Positions 10,246-20,181 of a DNA stretch of 64,000 bases are shown piece after piece. Location of the stretch: NCBI GenBank assembly GCA_036844705.1, contig DAIUFH010000001.1:24456-88455 (forward strand). Reading direction: 5' to 3'. Both the position numbers and the translations under genes were made by a program. Numbering within the stretch: the first letter of the stretch is position 1; every line of letters starts with the position of its first letter. Source of the stretch: Tissierella sp. Its GTDB lineage: Bacteria > Bacillota > Clostridia > Tissierellales > Tissierellaceae. Below the pieces are notes generated by a model, which saw only the letters and a list, made by a program, of their open reading frames with translations, ran no database searches and was not told the origin of the DNA.

Positions 10246-11280
10246 ATGGACAAGAGGTTGACGCAATTGACAAAGAGCTCCGGGTGAGCAGCTAAAATAG
10301 GTCCAGATACCTTGGCACAAGTTTTGTGCCATTTACCAAAGATGAAGGATAAAGAATTGATAGTAGGTTTGGATACTTCAGATGATGCAGCAGTTTATAA
10401 AATAAATGATGATTTGGCATTGATAGAAACACTGGATTTTTTTACTCCGGTCGTTGATGATCCATATACTTTTGGCCAGATAGCAGCTACTAATTCGCTA
10501 AGTGATATATATGCAATGGGTGGAGAACCAAAGCTGGCACTCAATATTGTATGCTTTCCGGATTGTCTTAGTCCTGATATATTGGGAGAAATTCTTAGAG
10601 GAGGATCGGATAAGGTACTTGAAGCCGGCGCAATATTGGTCGGAGGACATAGTGTATCAGATGATGAACCAAAATATGGATTATCAGTTACTGGTTTCGT
10701 AGCTCCGGATAAGGTATTAGTTAACAGCAATGCTAAAGTAGGCGATATTCTTATATTGACCAAACCAATTGGATTAGGAGTTATAAATACAGCTATTAAA
10801 GCTGAGCTTGTAAATGAAGATATATATAAAGAGGCTGTTAGGACAATGACCACTTTAAATAAATTTGGTAAAGAAGCAATCGATAAGGTGCATGGAGTTC
10901 ATAGTGCAACTGATATCACAGGATTTGGATTGCTTGGTCATGCTTTGGAAATGGCTGAAGGTAGCTCTGTAAGTATCAAAATACATTCAAAGGATGTGCC
11001 AATTATTGATGGTGCAAATGATTATGCAAATATGGGTCTTGTTCCTGCAGGTGCATATTCAAATAGAAATCATATAGGTAATAGAGTTGTTTTCAAAAGA
11101 CAAATACCAAAATATCTAGAGGATTTGTTATTTGATCCTCAGACCTCTGGCGGGTTATTGATTTCAATTGATAAGGAAAATGCGAATAATCTAATGGAAG
11201 AATTAAAAAAATCTCCATTAAAATGTGCTATAATAGGAGAAGTGCTTAAAAAGGGTGATCATTCATTAGTAATCGAATAA
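10246..11280 (+). CDS. selD: Selenide,water dikinase (selenophosphate synthetase), selenocysteine-containing; TGA at 10285-10287 decoded as Sec
   Basis: ATG at 10246 behind GGAGGTG. '[27 protein letters not shown]' is in frame with the track ORF at 10312. It matches the SelD active-site loop SxG(C/U)xxK. Confidence 0.9.
10313..10331 (+). promoter_or_regulatory. Candidate bacterial SECIS hairpin for the selD UGA
   Basis: 8-bp stem TGGCACAA/TTGTGCCA with a G-containing apical loop GTT. The loop lies about 33 nt downstream of the UGA. Confidence 0.5.
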
Positions 11281-11295
11281 ATAAAGGGTGATTAA

Positions 11296-12717
11296 ATGGG
11301 AAAGACGAACTTATTTACATTGATACCAAAGGTAGATGATGTTCTAGAAAGAGAGGAAACAAAAGAGCTGCTACTTACAATTCCTAGGACAATTGTATTA
11401 AAATCTATTAGAGAAGAAATTAATAATATAAGGAATGCAATAAGAAATAATTCTTCCGAAGCTGATATTCAATTATTGATAAATAATTTGAACAAAACAA
11501 TCAAAGCAAATGCAGTAAAATTAGATTCCTTCAAGCTTAAAAGAGTTGTTAATGCTTCTGGTGTAGTTATTCATACTAATTTGGGAAGATCTTTAATTAA
11601 TAAAAAAATAATGAATAATATTTCTGAAGTAGTAACCCATTATACAAATTTAGAATATGATTTGAACAATGGAATTAGGGGTTCAAGATATGCTCATCTA
11701 GAAGAAGTAATTTCCAATGTAGTCGGAGGGGAGTCATCTATGGTTGTAAACAATAATGCTGCAGCCGTAATACTAGCCCTAAGCACTATGGCAAAAAACA
11801 GAGAGGTAATCATTTCAAGAGGAGAGTTAATAGAAATTGGCGGTTCCTTTAGAATCCCAGAGGTTATGGAAGAAAGTGGAGCAAAACTCATAGAAGTGGG
11901 TACAACAAATAAAACTCATTTGAAAGACTATGAAAATGCAATAACGTCAGAAACGGCTGCTATTTTAAAGGTTCATACATCTAATTATAGAATTATGGGT
12001 TTTACATCATCTGTAGATTCTAAGGAATTGTTGGCTCTAAAGAGTAAATACGATATACCAATCATTGAAGACCTCGGTAGTGGAGTATTGATAGATTTAT
12101 CTAATTATGGACTGCAACTTGAGCCGACTGTTCAAAGTTCATTAGCTAGTGGTGTCGATATAGTAACCTTTAGTGGTGATAAGCTACTGGGAGGACCTCA
12201 GGCCGGAATAATCGTTGGAAATAAAAAATATATTGACATGATGAAGAGAAATCCATTGACGAGAGCATTTAGAGTTGACAAATTTACTATAGCGGCTTTA
12301 GAGGCTACATTGAGATATTATTTAGATGAATCAACTGCTATTGAAGAAATACCGACATTAGCCATGCTTACAATGTCAATTGAAAAATTAGGTAGAAAGG
12401 CAGAGATACTTAGAGATGAGATTGAGAGAAGAATTATTGATGATGATTATAAGATAGAAATAGAAGATGATTTTTCAGAGGTTGGAGGGGGTTCTCTACC
12501 ATTAGAAAAATTAGCTACAAAGTGTATCGTTCTATCTTCAAATGGACAGAGTGTACAGGAAATTGAGAACAGGTTAAGAAATTTTGAAACACCTATTATT
12601 GCAAGAATTAATAAAGATAAGATATATTTTGATTTAAGAACTATTGATGATGAAGAGATATCTATTGTAGCAGAGGGCGTTAAATATGCTTTAGATGTTA
12701 ATAAGGAGTGTAGTTAA
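11296..12717 (+). CDS. selA: L-seryl-tRNA(Sec) selenium transferase
   Basis: 'VVNASGVVIHTNLGRS', PLP-lysine region 'FSGDKLLGGPQAG'. Confidence 0.95.
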   Translation: MGKTNLFTLIPKVDDVLEREETKELLLTIPRTIVLKSIREEINNIRNAIRNNSSEADIQLLINNLNKTIKANAVKLDSFKLKRVVNASGVVIHTNLGRSLINKKIMNNISEVVTHYTNLEYDLNNGIRGSRYAHLEEVISNVVGGESSMVVNNNAAAVILALSTMAKNREVIISRGELIEIGGSFRIPEVMEESGAKLIEVGTTNKTHLKDYENAITSETAAILKVHTSNYRIMGFTSSVDSKELLALKSKYDIPIIEDLGSGVLIDLSNYGLQLEPTVQSSLASGVDIVTFSGDKLLGGPQAGIIVGNKKYIDMMKRNPLTRAFRVDKFTIAALEATLRYYLDESTAIEEIPTLAMLTMSIEKLGRKAEILRDEIERRIIDDDYKIEIEDDFSEVGGGSLPLEKLATKCIVLSSNGQSVQEIENRLRNFETPIIARINKDKIYFDLRTIDDEEISIVAEGVKYALDVNKECS

Positions 12718-14627
12718 TGAAACATATCATTATTGGGACAGCAGGTCATATTGACCACGGTAAAACTACTCTGATTAGAGCTATCACTGGTAGAAATACT
12801 GATAGATTAAAGGAAGAACAGGATAGAGGTATTTCTATTGAGCTGGGGTTTACCTATTTTGATTTACCCAATGGCCAGAGAGCAGGTATAATCGATGTAC
12901 CAGGACATGAGAAATTTATAAAAAACATGTTGGCAGGAGTAATCGGTATAGATATAGTATTATTTGTAGTTGCAGCAGATGAAGGAATTATGCCGCAAAC
13001 TATTGAGCATTTAGCTATACTTGATTTACTTGGTACAAAAAAGGGGGTTATTGTACTTACCAAAACGGATCTTGTAGATAAAGAATGGATAGAATTAGTC
13101 GAAGAAGATATTCGAAATGAAGTTAGGGGTACGTTTTTAGAGGATAGCCAGATTATTCGAGTATCATCAACGAAAAAAACAGGAATCGATAAATTGACTG
13201 CTTTGTTGAACGACTATGCATCTACCATTACAGAACGAGATATAAATGATATGCCAAGACTACCTGTTGATCGAGTATTTACAATATCAGGGTTTGGTAC
13301 TGTTGTGACTGGAACGCTTTTATCCGGACAATTTAAAGTTGGTGATGAGGTACAAATATATCCAGGCAACTTAACTGCAAGAATAAGGTCGCTACAGGTT
13401 CATGATGAGGACGAAAAAGTGGCTTTTGGTGGACAGAGGGTTGCAATAAATCTTGCTGGAATTAAGAAGGAGGATATACATAGAGGCTCTGTTGTTGCAC
13501 CGATTAATGCAATGAAGGAATCTATGATGATTGATGTAAAGGTAAAACTATTAAAGTCTGCAGAAAAAGCAATTGAAAATAGGACAAGGCTACATTTAGA
13601 TATAGGTACTGATGAAGTATTGTGCAGAATAATCTTGCTTGATAAAGAAGAGCTTAAACCAGGAGAAGAGGCATATGCGCAGCTAAGACTTGAAGAGACA
13701 ACTGTTTCAAAAAGAGGAGATAAATTTATTTTAAGATTTTATTCTCCGATGTTTACAATCGGTGGTGGGACTGTACTAGAGCCTAATGCTTCCAAGAAAA
13801 AGAGATTTGATAAAAATATATTAGAAGAGTTAAAGATAAAGGAATCAGGAAGTACAGTGGAGATTTTAGAAAAAATTATTTTTGAAAAAAGAAATGAGTT
13901 TTTATCTTTAAAGGATATATCCATTGAAACATCGATGCTTGAAGCAAATGTTATTCATGATACTGAAATCTTAGTGAAAGAAAATAAGATATTGTTGTTC
14001 TATACTGGAAAGGATATTTATCCTATACATAAAGATTTTTGTGAACAGATTAAAGAGGCATTAGTACTCGAAATAGGAAAATATCATGAAAAATATCCAT
14101 TAAGATTAGGTATGCCAAAGGAAGAATTAAGAGGAAGATTACTTAAGAATGTAAATTCTAAAGTTGCAGATAAACTTTTTCAAAAATATGTTGAAGAAAA
14201 TGTGATTGAGCAAACTGAAGAGTTGATAAAATTAAAAGGCTTTTATCCATCTTATACAAAGGAACAGCAAAGAATAAAATCTTATATAATGGAGCAGCTT
14301 TTAAAAGATGAGTTTTTACCTCCTAAGAAAGAAGATATTGCCTCAAGCACAAAGGTAGATAAACTTGAGGTTGATGAGGTATTCAATGCACTGATTTTAA
14401 ATAAAGAAATAATAAAGATTAATGAAGAGGTATATTTAAATACCCAAAGCTTTGATAAGTCTTTAAAGCTATTGAATAAATTTATTAGTGAACATGATGG
14501 TATCTCTGTAGGTGAATATAGGGATATATTAGGGACAAATAGAAAGGTAGCAATAGGGTTATTAGAGTTTTTTGATTTGCTAAAAATAACCAAACGGGAC
14601 GGGGAGAAACGAACATTAATTAAATAG
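12717..14627 (+). CDS. selB: Selenocysteine-specific elongation factor
   Basis: 'GTAGHIDHGKTTL', 'DVPGHEKF', 'TKTD', long winged-helix C-terminus. ATG overlaps the selA stop. Confidence 0.95.
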   Translation: MKHIIIGTAGHIDHGKTTLIRAITGRNTDRLKEEQDRGISIELGFTYFDLPNGQRAGIIDVPGHEKFIKNMLAGVIGIDIVLFVVAADEGIMPQTIEHLAILDLLGTKKGVIVLTKTDLVDKEWIELVEEDIRNEVRGTFLEDSQIIRVSSTKKTGIDKLTALLNDYASTITERDINDMPRLPVDRVFTISGFGTVVTGTLLSGQFKVGDEVQIYPGNLTARIRSLQVHDEDEKVAFGGQRVAINLAGIKKEDIHRGSVVAPINAMKESMMIDVKVKLLKSAEKAIENRTRLHLDIGTDEVLCRIILLDKEELKPGEEAYAQLRLEETTVSKRGDKFILRFYSPMFTIGGGTVLEPNASKKKRFDKNILEELKIKESGSTVEILEKIIFEKRNEFLSLKDISIETSMLEANVIHDTEILVKENKILLFYTGKDIYPIHKDFCEQIKEALVLEIGKYHEKYPLRLGMPKEELRGRLLKNVNSKVADKLFQKYVEENVIEQTEELIKLKGFYPSYTKEQQRIKSYIMEQLLKDEFLPPKKEDIASSTKVDKLEVDEVFNALILNKEIIKINEEVYLNTQSFDKSLKLLNKFISEHDGISVGEYRDILGTNRKVAIGLLEFFDLLKITKRDGEKRTLIK

Positions 14628-14647
14628 CTTTAGAGGTGAATTATAAC

Positions 14648-15337
14648 ATGGGTGGAAGAATATTGATTGTTGATACAGATAAGACCTTCATTAAAGGTCT
14701 GAGATATAGTTTGGAACAAGATGATTATACAGTTGATGTCTGTAGTACAAATAAGGATGTTGTAGATAAAATAAATAAAAAATCTTATGAGGTAGTATTA
14801 TTGGAACTGGAGATTCCTGATTCAAATGGGCTTACAATTTGCCAAAATATAAGAAGCATTTCTTCAGTGCCTATAATTTTTCTTACTGCTGTAAATGAAG
14901 ATATTAAAAAAATATTGGCGTTGGAATATGGCGCGGATGATTATTTAGTTAAACCATTTAATATTTTAGAATTGAAAGCGAGAATCAAGGCTGTATTAAG
15001 GCGCGTAAACAATAAGAGCAATGAAGATTCTAAATATGTAATTGAGACAGATAATTTTACGATAAATCCATTGGGCAGAAAGGTAAACTATCTTGATAAA
15101 AATATTAATTTAACTGGCAAGGAATTTGATCTTTTATATGTTTTAGCATCAAATCCCGGTAAGGTATTTACAAGGGAGGAATTGCTAGAGCAGGTATGGG
15201 GCTATGCATATTATGGAGATTTAAGGACGGTAGATGTACATATTAGAAGAATAAGGGAGAAAATTGAAAAGGATCCAAAGGATTCTGAATACATATTGAC
15301 AAAATGGGGTGTAGGGTACTATTTTAAAGGAAAATAA
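14648..15337 (+). CDS. OmpR/PhoB-family response regulator; orphan and atypical, with Glu at the phospho-acceptor position
   Basis: REC plus winged-helix domains ('RTVDVHIRRIREKIE', 'TKWGVGYYF'). The acceptor region reads 'VVLLELEIPDSNG' instead of LLDxxLP. No adjacent kinase. Confidence 0.85.
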   Translation: MGGRILIVDTDKTFIKGLRYSLEQDDYTVDVCSTNKDVVDKINKKSYEVVLLELEIPDSNGLTICQNIRSISSVPIIFLTAVNEDIKKILALEYGADDYLVKPFNILELKARIKAVLRRVNNKSNEDSKYVIETDNFTINPLGRKVNYLDKNINLTGKEFDLLYVLASNPGKVFTREELLEQVWGYAYYGDLRTVDVHIRRIREKIEKDPKDSEYILTKWGVGYYFKGK

Positions 15338-15364
15338 AAGAATTTATTTTTTAGATTAAATAAT

Positions 15365-15403
15365 AAAAAACAGGACGAGCAAAATTTCTTGCCCTGTTTT
15401 TTT
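15365..15403 (+). terminator. Rho-independent terminator ending the sel/RR transcription unit
   Basis: AACAGG..GCAA-AATTTC-TTGC-CCTGTT hairpin followed by T7. Confidence 0.7.
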
Positions 15404-15675
15404 ATGTAGAAATATAGTTGATAAATTAGAAGGAAAGAACTTATATGCTTATAAACGTTAACTTAAGAGAAAAAAGAGAAAAATGAGAAATATAAGGTTT
15501 AAAAGATAATTATGTGAATAATCAATTAACTTGATTTTAAAGTAGTATACTATTTGTGATAAGTTCTTATTGTTGTTTATACTATTTCAAACGTAAAAAC
15601 GTTTCCAAATAGAGATAGCATAAACTTTTCTGTAGAATAAGTGTTGGAAATACAATTTTAAAAGGGGGTTTCATT

Positions 15676-17487
15676 ATGTCAAAGAACAAGTATGCAACAA
15701 AGTTTTGGGCTTTTATTTTGGCAATTTTAATAATTGCTTCAATGGTTGCAGGTTGTACTCAAAAGACAGAAACTATCAATCCAGAAGAAAGCCAGAATCC
15801 TGTTTCAGAGGAAATTAAAGAACCAGAAGAAACTACTATTCCTACAAAAATGGAAGGTGATGAATTTGACAACGGCGCAATTGGACAACATGGTGGCGTA
15901 TCAAGTAGTTCAGAGTATTCATCACAAGTTGGGATAGATATACTTAAGGCAGGTGGTAATGCAGTAGATGCTGCAGTTGCAACAGCATTTGCAATAGGTG
16001 TAACTGAACCTAATTTAAGTGGTGTTGGTGGCTGTGGTATGATGAACATTTACTTAAAGGATACAAATGAATACGTAATGCTGGAATATATGGAAACTGT
16101 TCCTATGAATGTAACTGCTGGTTGGTTCAATAAAGATACTGATTCTAGCACTGCAAAAAATGCCGCTGTTCCGTCTCAAGTTAATGGATTGCTTACAGCT
16201 TTAGAGAAATATGGAACTATGACAAGAGAAGAAGTAATGGCTCCAGCAATTAAGCTAGCAAGAGAAGGATTTGAAATGGATGAAAGACTTGCTGAAGCTG
16301 TAGCAAATAGCTATGACGTATTTTCGGAACCTGAAAATGAATACTTATTAGAATTATATACAAACGATGGAATACCTTATTCTAATGGAGACCTTTTCAA
16401 GAATGAAGACCTCGCTAATACATTACAAGCTATAGCTGATGGTGGCATAGACGAATTTTATAGAGGAGAATTAGCTAAAACTATAGTAGAAGGTCTGCAG
16501 GCAGGCGGAAGTTTAATAACAATGGAAGATATGGATAGTTATGAGACTGCCATACGTGAACCTTTAAGAACAATATACCATGGATATGAGGTTATAGTCC
16601 CACCTCCTCCATCAAATGGTGGAGACTGGCTACTAGAAATATTGAATATTTTAGAAAACTATGATTTAAAAGCAATGGGGCACAATACTCCCGAATATTT
16701 ATTCACATTAAATGAAGCTTCACGTTTAGGTCTTGCGGATTCTTATGCATTTATTGGAGATCCGGCTTACTATAATTTACCGATGAAAGAAATGACATCT
16801 AAAGAATATGCAGCAGAGCGTGTTAAACAAATGCCTACAGATAAAGCTTTAGAGGATTCACCTGCGGGGGATTTACCTGTAGAAAAACTTGATCCAACAG
16901 GTGCTGAAAGTCAACATACAAGTCATATTGCTGTAATAGATGAATATGGGAATATTGTATCTACAACTAATACATTGGGTTTAGGCTGGGGGTGTAAGTT
17001 TGCAGTTCCCGGTACAGGATTTTTCTATAACAGCCATATTTCAAATCTAGAACATGATCCAGCTAAAGCAGATAGTCCAGACTATGTAATGCCTGGAAAA
17101 CGTGTACGTAGTACAATAACACCATCTTTAGTGCTAAAGGATGGGGAACCAATAATGGCGATAGGGTCACCTGGCTCTCTGGCTATTCCTCCAGCTATTG
17201 CAATAGTAATAAATAATGTATTGTTGTTTGATATGAATATTCAAGAAGCAATCAATGCGCCTCGTGCTATGGCTATAGATCGATTTGGTCCTACAATGAC
17301 TATTGAAGCAGGTCGATTTGATGAAACTACAGTTAAAGCATTAGAGGATTATGGTTATGAAATGAAAGTAGTTAAAGACTATGATTCAGCAGTAGGTGGA
17401 ATTGCAGCTATTTATCTAGATAAAGAAGCAGGATTCTTCTATGCAGGAGCTGATCCTCGTAGAAATTATAAAGCATTAGCATATTAG
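15676..17487 (+). CDS. ggt: Gamma-glutamyltransferase / CapD-family enzyme, lipoprotein
   Basis: Lipobox 'MVAGC'. Autoprocessing nucleophile region 'QHTSHIAVID'. 'GSPGS' and 'GGIAAIY...GADPRR' are GGT hallmarks. Confidence 0.9.
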   Translation: MSKNKYATKFWAFILAILIIASMVAGCTQKTETINPEESQNPVSEEIKEPEETTIPTKMEGDEFDNGAIGQHGGVSSSSEYSSQVGIDILKAGGNAVDAAVATAFAIGVTEPNLSGVGGCGMMNIYLKDTNEYVMLEYMETVPMNVTAGWFNKDTDSSTAKNAAVPSQVNGLLTALEKYGTMTREEVMAPAIKLAREGFEMDERLAEAVANSYDVFSEPENEYLLELYTNDGIPYSNGDLFKNEDLANTLQAIADGGIDEFYRGELAKTIVEGLQAGGSLITMEDMDSYETAIREPLRTIYHGYEVIVPPPPSNGGDWLLEILNILENYDLKAMGHNTPEYLFTLNEASRLGLADSYAFIGDPAYYNLPMKEMTSKEYAAERVKQMPTDKALEDSPAGDLPVEKLDPTGAESQHTSHIAVIDEYGNIVSTTNTLGLGWGCKFAVPGTGFFYNSHISNLEHDPAKADSPDYVMPGKRVRSTITPSLVLKDGEPIMAIGSPGSLAIPPAIAIVINNVLLFDMNIQEAINAPRAMAIDRFGPTMTIEAGRFDETTVKALEDYGYEMKVVKDYDSAVGGIAAIYLDKEAGFFYAGADPRRNYKALAY

Positions 17488-17503
17488 ATTAGTTATTTTA
17501 ATG

Positions 17504-17520
17504 GGGGATAAGCTCCCCCT
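17504..17520 (+). other. GC-rich intercistronic stem-loop with no U-tract
   Basis: GGGGGA-TAAGC-TCCCCC, 17 nt after the ggt stop. Confidence 0.4.
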
Positions 17521-17540
17521 ATAAAGATAGAGGTGATTTT

Positions 17541-18824
17541 ATGGCAGAAGAACTTCTTATTATTATAATTATTTTAGGTATCCCTATTGTTTCGGGATTT
17601 ATATTTAGAAATGATTATTCAAAATTAGCAATTTCGATTTTTATTGCTTCAATCATAGGAGCTTTAATAGCAGGAATGGGAATAAGGATTCGTGAAGTTG
17701 TAGAAGGACCATTTGCTTATTTAGATTCAATGCTGGCAGTTTTGACTGGAATGATATTTATTTCTGCCCTTATGGACAATGGTACAATAAAGTCGATACT
17801 AAATAGAATACTATCTAGAAAGAATAATCCAGTTATAAAAGCATTGTCATTAATTTTATTTGTTGCATTGCCGGGAATCATGACTGGTACAGCAACTACT
17901 TGTATTCTAACTACAGGTACATTATTGGGAGCATATCTATTGGAAAGAGGAATAGAAAAGACTAAGGTTATAGAGTTTATATCTATTAGTTCCTTAATAG
18001 GTCTAATTTTACCTCCTATATGTCTTCCTGCAATGGTAATTGTTTTATCAAGAAGCGGCAGCTATCCTGCTTCTTTTGAAGGTTATGCGATTCCACTGCT
18101 AGTCTTATCAATACCTGCGTTGATTGTTTATTCCATTAATTCAGCTAAATGGATTAAAAAATTATCAATTGAAGATTCAGACAGCAGAAAAAAATTTAAA
18201 GAATTAATACCATTAGCTGTTGTTGTTTTATTATTGATTTGTCATAACTTTTTCTTTAAATACGTGCCATTTTTAGGCTATCCTTTAATTTTCGTAATTG
18301 GTACTATATTAGCAAATATTTTACCTAACAATAAATTTAATGGAATTGAAAGTGCTGGGAAGGCCATAAGTATAGTAGCACCTGTCGTTGCTATAGGATT
18401 TGTTGTTGGATCTGCTTTAGAAATATTTTCACTCACTGGTGTTTCAGGTTGGCTATCAACAATATTTCATACAGTAAATCCAGCTACATTCACTCTTGTG
18501 TCTGTGATTTTGCTAGTAATAAGCGGAATTATTTTTGGTACACCATCTACATTTGTTATTGCAGTTACTATTTCTTATGTAATAGGTTCAATTTTATATG
18601 TAGGCAATGAAATTATATTAACTGCAATTTCTTCAGCTCTGTGTTTAGGTTCATTACTTTCACTTCGCGGAGGATTATTTGAAAAAACCCAAATAGCTTT
18701 AAATATAGATGCTTTTGAATATAAGACGCTTGTAAGTAAGTCGATAGTTCCAGCAGCTCTTATACTATTAATGGGGATTATATATTCATTAGCGTATGAA
18801 AGTCTTTTGTTCTTAGTAATTTAG
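17541..18824 (+). CDS. DctM-like (TRAP large-subunit / ion-transporter superfamily) permease, paralog 1
   Basis: About 12 TM. 'EGPFAYLDSMLAVLTGMIFISALMDNG' and 'PGIMTGTATTCILTTG' resemble DctM signature regions. Paralogous to 20989-22260. Confidence 0.65.
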   Translation: MAEELLIIIIILGIPIVSGFIFRNDYSKLAISIFIASIIGALIAGMGIRIREVVEGPFAYLDSMLAVLTGMIFISALMDNGTIKSILNRILSRKNNPVIKALSLILFVALPGIMTGTATTCILTTGTLLGAYLLERGIEKTKVIEFISISSLIGLILPPICLPAMVIVLSRSGSYPASFEGYAIPLLVLSIPALIVYSINSAKWIKKLSIEDSDSRKKFKELIPLAVVVLLLICHNFFFKYVPFLGYPLIFVIGTILANILPNNKFNGIESAGKAISIVAPVVAIGFVVGSALEIFSLTGVSGWLSTIFHTVNPATFTLVSVILLVISGIIFGTPSTFVIAVTISYVIGSILYVGNEIILTAISSALCLGSLLSLRGGLFEKTQIALNIDAFEYKTLVSKSIVPAALILLMGIIYSLAYESLLFLVI

Positions 18825-18836
18825 GAGGTATAAAAT

Positions 18837-18989
18837 ATGGGAGCTTTGTATTATATTTATAGAGTTATAACAGGTGTACTTTGCATATTGACTTTTTGGG
18901 AATTATTCAAGGAAAAATCCATAACTAAAGCAATAAGCTTAGGATTAGTAAGCATTCCTTTAATTCTAAGAACTTTAATGATTAAGTAA
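18837..18989 (+). CDS. Unannotated 50-aa two-TM micro-protein (MGALYYIYRVITGVLCILTFWELFKEKSITKAISLGLVSIPLILRTLMIK)
   Basis: ATG lies 7 nt after the RBS TAGGAGGT, which embeds the permease stop. Homologous to the micro-ORF at 22273-22416. Below the ORF-track length cutoff. Confidence 0.6.
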   Translation: MGALYYIYRVITGVLCILTFWELFKEKSITKAISLGLVSIPLILRTLMIK

Positions 18990-19002
18990 TCATCAGAAGG
19001 GT

Positions 19003-20163
19003 GTGAAATCTGTTATGAGAAACAAATTAGTGATTAGAAATGGTGTTGTTTTTGTTGTAATAGCTATTTTGTGTGTAGTTGCAGGAAGAGATTTTTTGAG
19101 AATGCATAAACCTGATCCAATAAATACTTCAAATCAGGGTATTTCTGAGATAGTTATGCTTAGCGAGTATAGCCCAGGGTTAAAGGGAACTGCTGCTGAT
19201 ACAGAGGTTTATATATTAAGAGGTGAAAAACCAGGAGGAAGTTTTTTGCTCCTTGGTGGAACGCATCCTAATGAGATTGCTGGAATGTTAAATGCTGTAT
19301 CCTATATAGAAAATGCGAGAGTTGAAAGTGGGACTCTATATATAATCCCACGTGCAAATAACAGTGGGTATACGCATACAAGTCCACTTTGGGGTATGAT
19401 GGATATTTTTGATTTTCAATTGCCAGATGGATCAGTTAGAGAATTTAGGGTGGGCACTAGATTAGCAAATCCAATACATCAATGGCCTGATCCAAATTAT
19501 TATAATGGAAATTCAGGGCGTGAACTTAAACATGATGAAGTTGCTGAAGTACGTAACCTAAATAGAAATCATCCTGGGAACGCTAATGGAACTTTAATTG
19601 AGAAAGTAAATTATGGTATATTTAACCTAATTAATACAGAGAAGATAGATATTTTATACGATGCTCATGAAGCAGGACCAGAATTTCTACGCGTTAATTA
19701 TCTTATAGCACATGAGAGAGCAATGCCTATAGGTTCTATGGCTGTTATGGATACAAATTTAGAAGGACATCCATTTGCGATAGATCTTTCTGGAGCAACA
19801 TCCTATGGCTTGTCACATAGAGCCTTAGGTGATAATACTGAAGCTTTGGCCACACTTTTTGAAACCTTAAATCCTGCACAGGGGTCTAGTCGTACAAAGA
19901 TGAGTAGAGAACTACTTTTAGGAGGTTTTGATAAAAACTATGTAGAGATTACTAATCGTGGACTTCTGAGCTCTGGGGAGCTAACTACTGAGGGAAGTAG
20001 CATTAACAAACGTACCGCAAGTCATATGGTAATGAGTTCAGCGTTAATGAATGCTTTTAGCGAAAGTAATCCAGACAAACCTATAAAAGTGTCTAATATG
20101 CCTAGTTATGATGATTTTATAACTAAAGGCTTAGAAAACATTTTAAAACCAATAAATAATTAG
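19003..20163 (+). CDS. Membrane-anchored AstE/AspA-type (M14-like) zinc hydrolase, single domain
   Basis: N-terminal signal-anchor. 'GGTHPNEIAG' (HxxE), 'NLNRNHPG', 'DAHEAG', 'FETLNP'. An ATG at 19015 is an alternative start. Confidence 0.75.
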   Translation: MKSVMRNKLVIRNGVVFVVIAILCVVAGRDFLRMHKPDPINTSNQGISEIVMLSEYSPGLKGTAADTEVYILRGEKPGGSFLLLGGTHPNEIAGMLNAVSYIENARVESGTLYIIPRANNSGYTHTSPLWGMMDIFDFQLPDGSVREFRVGTRLANPIHQWPDPNYYNGNSGRELKHDEVAEVRNLNRNHPGNANGTLIEKVNYGIFNLINTEKIDILYDAHEAGPEFLRVNYLIAHERAMPIGSMAVMDTNLEGHPFAIDLSGATSYGLSHRALGDNTEALATLFETLNPAQGSSRTKMSRELLLGGFDKNYVEITNRGLLSSGELTTEGSSINKRTASHMVMSSALMNAFSESNPDKPIKVSNMPSYDDFITKGLENILKPINN

Positions 20164-20181
20164 CTAAAGGGAGGAATTTAA

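Noticed and set aside
10395-10853. 152-aa minus-strand ORF and a 66-aa plus-strand ORF inside selD
   Set aside because: The selD frame is unambiguous from its conserved motifs. The others are overlapping chance ORFs.
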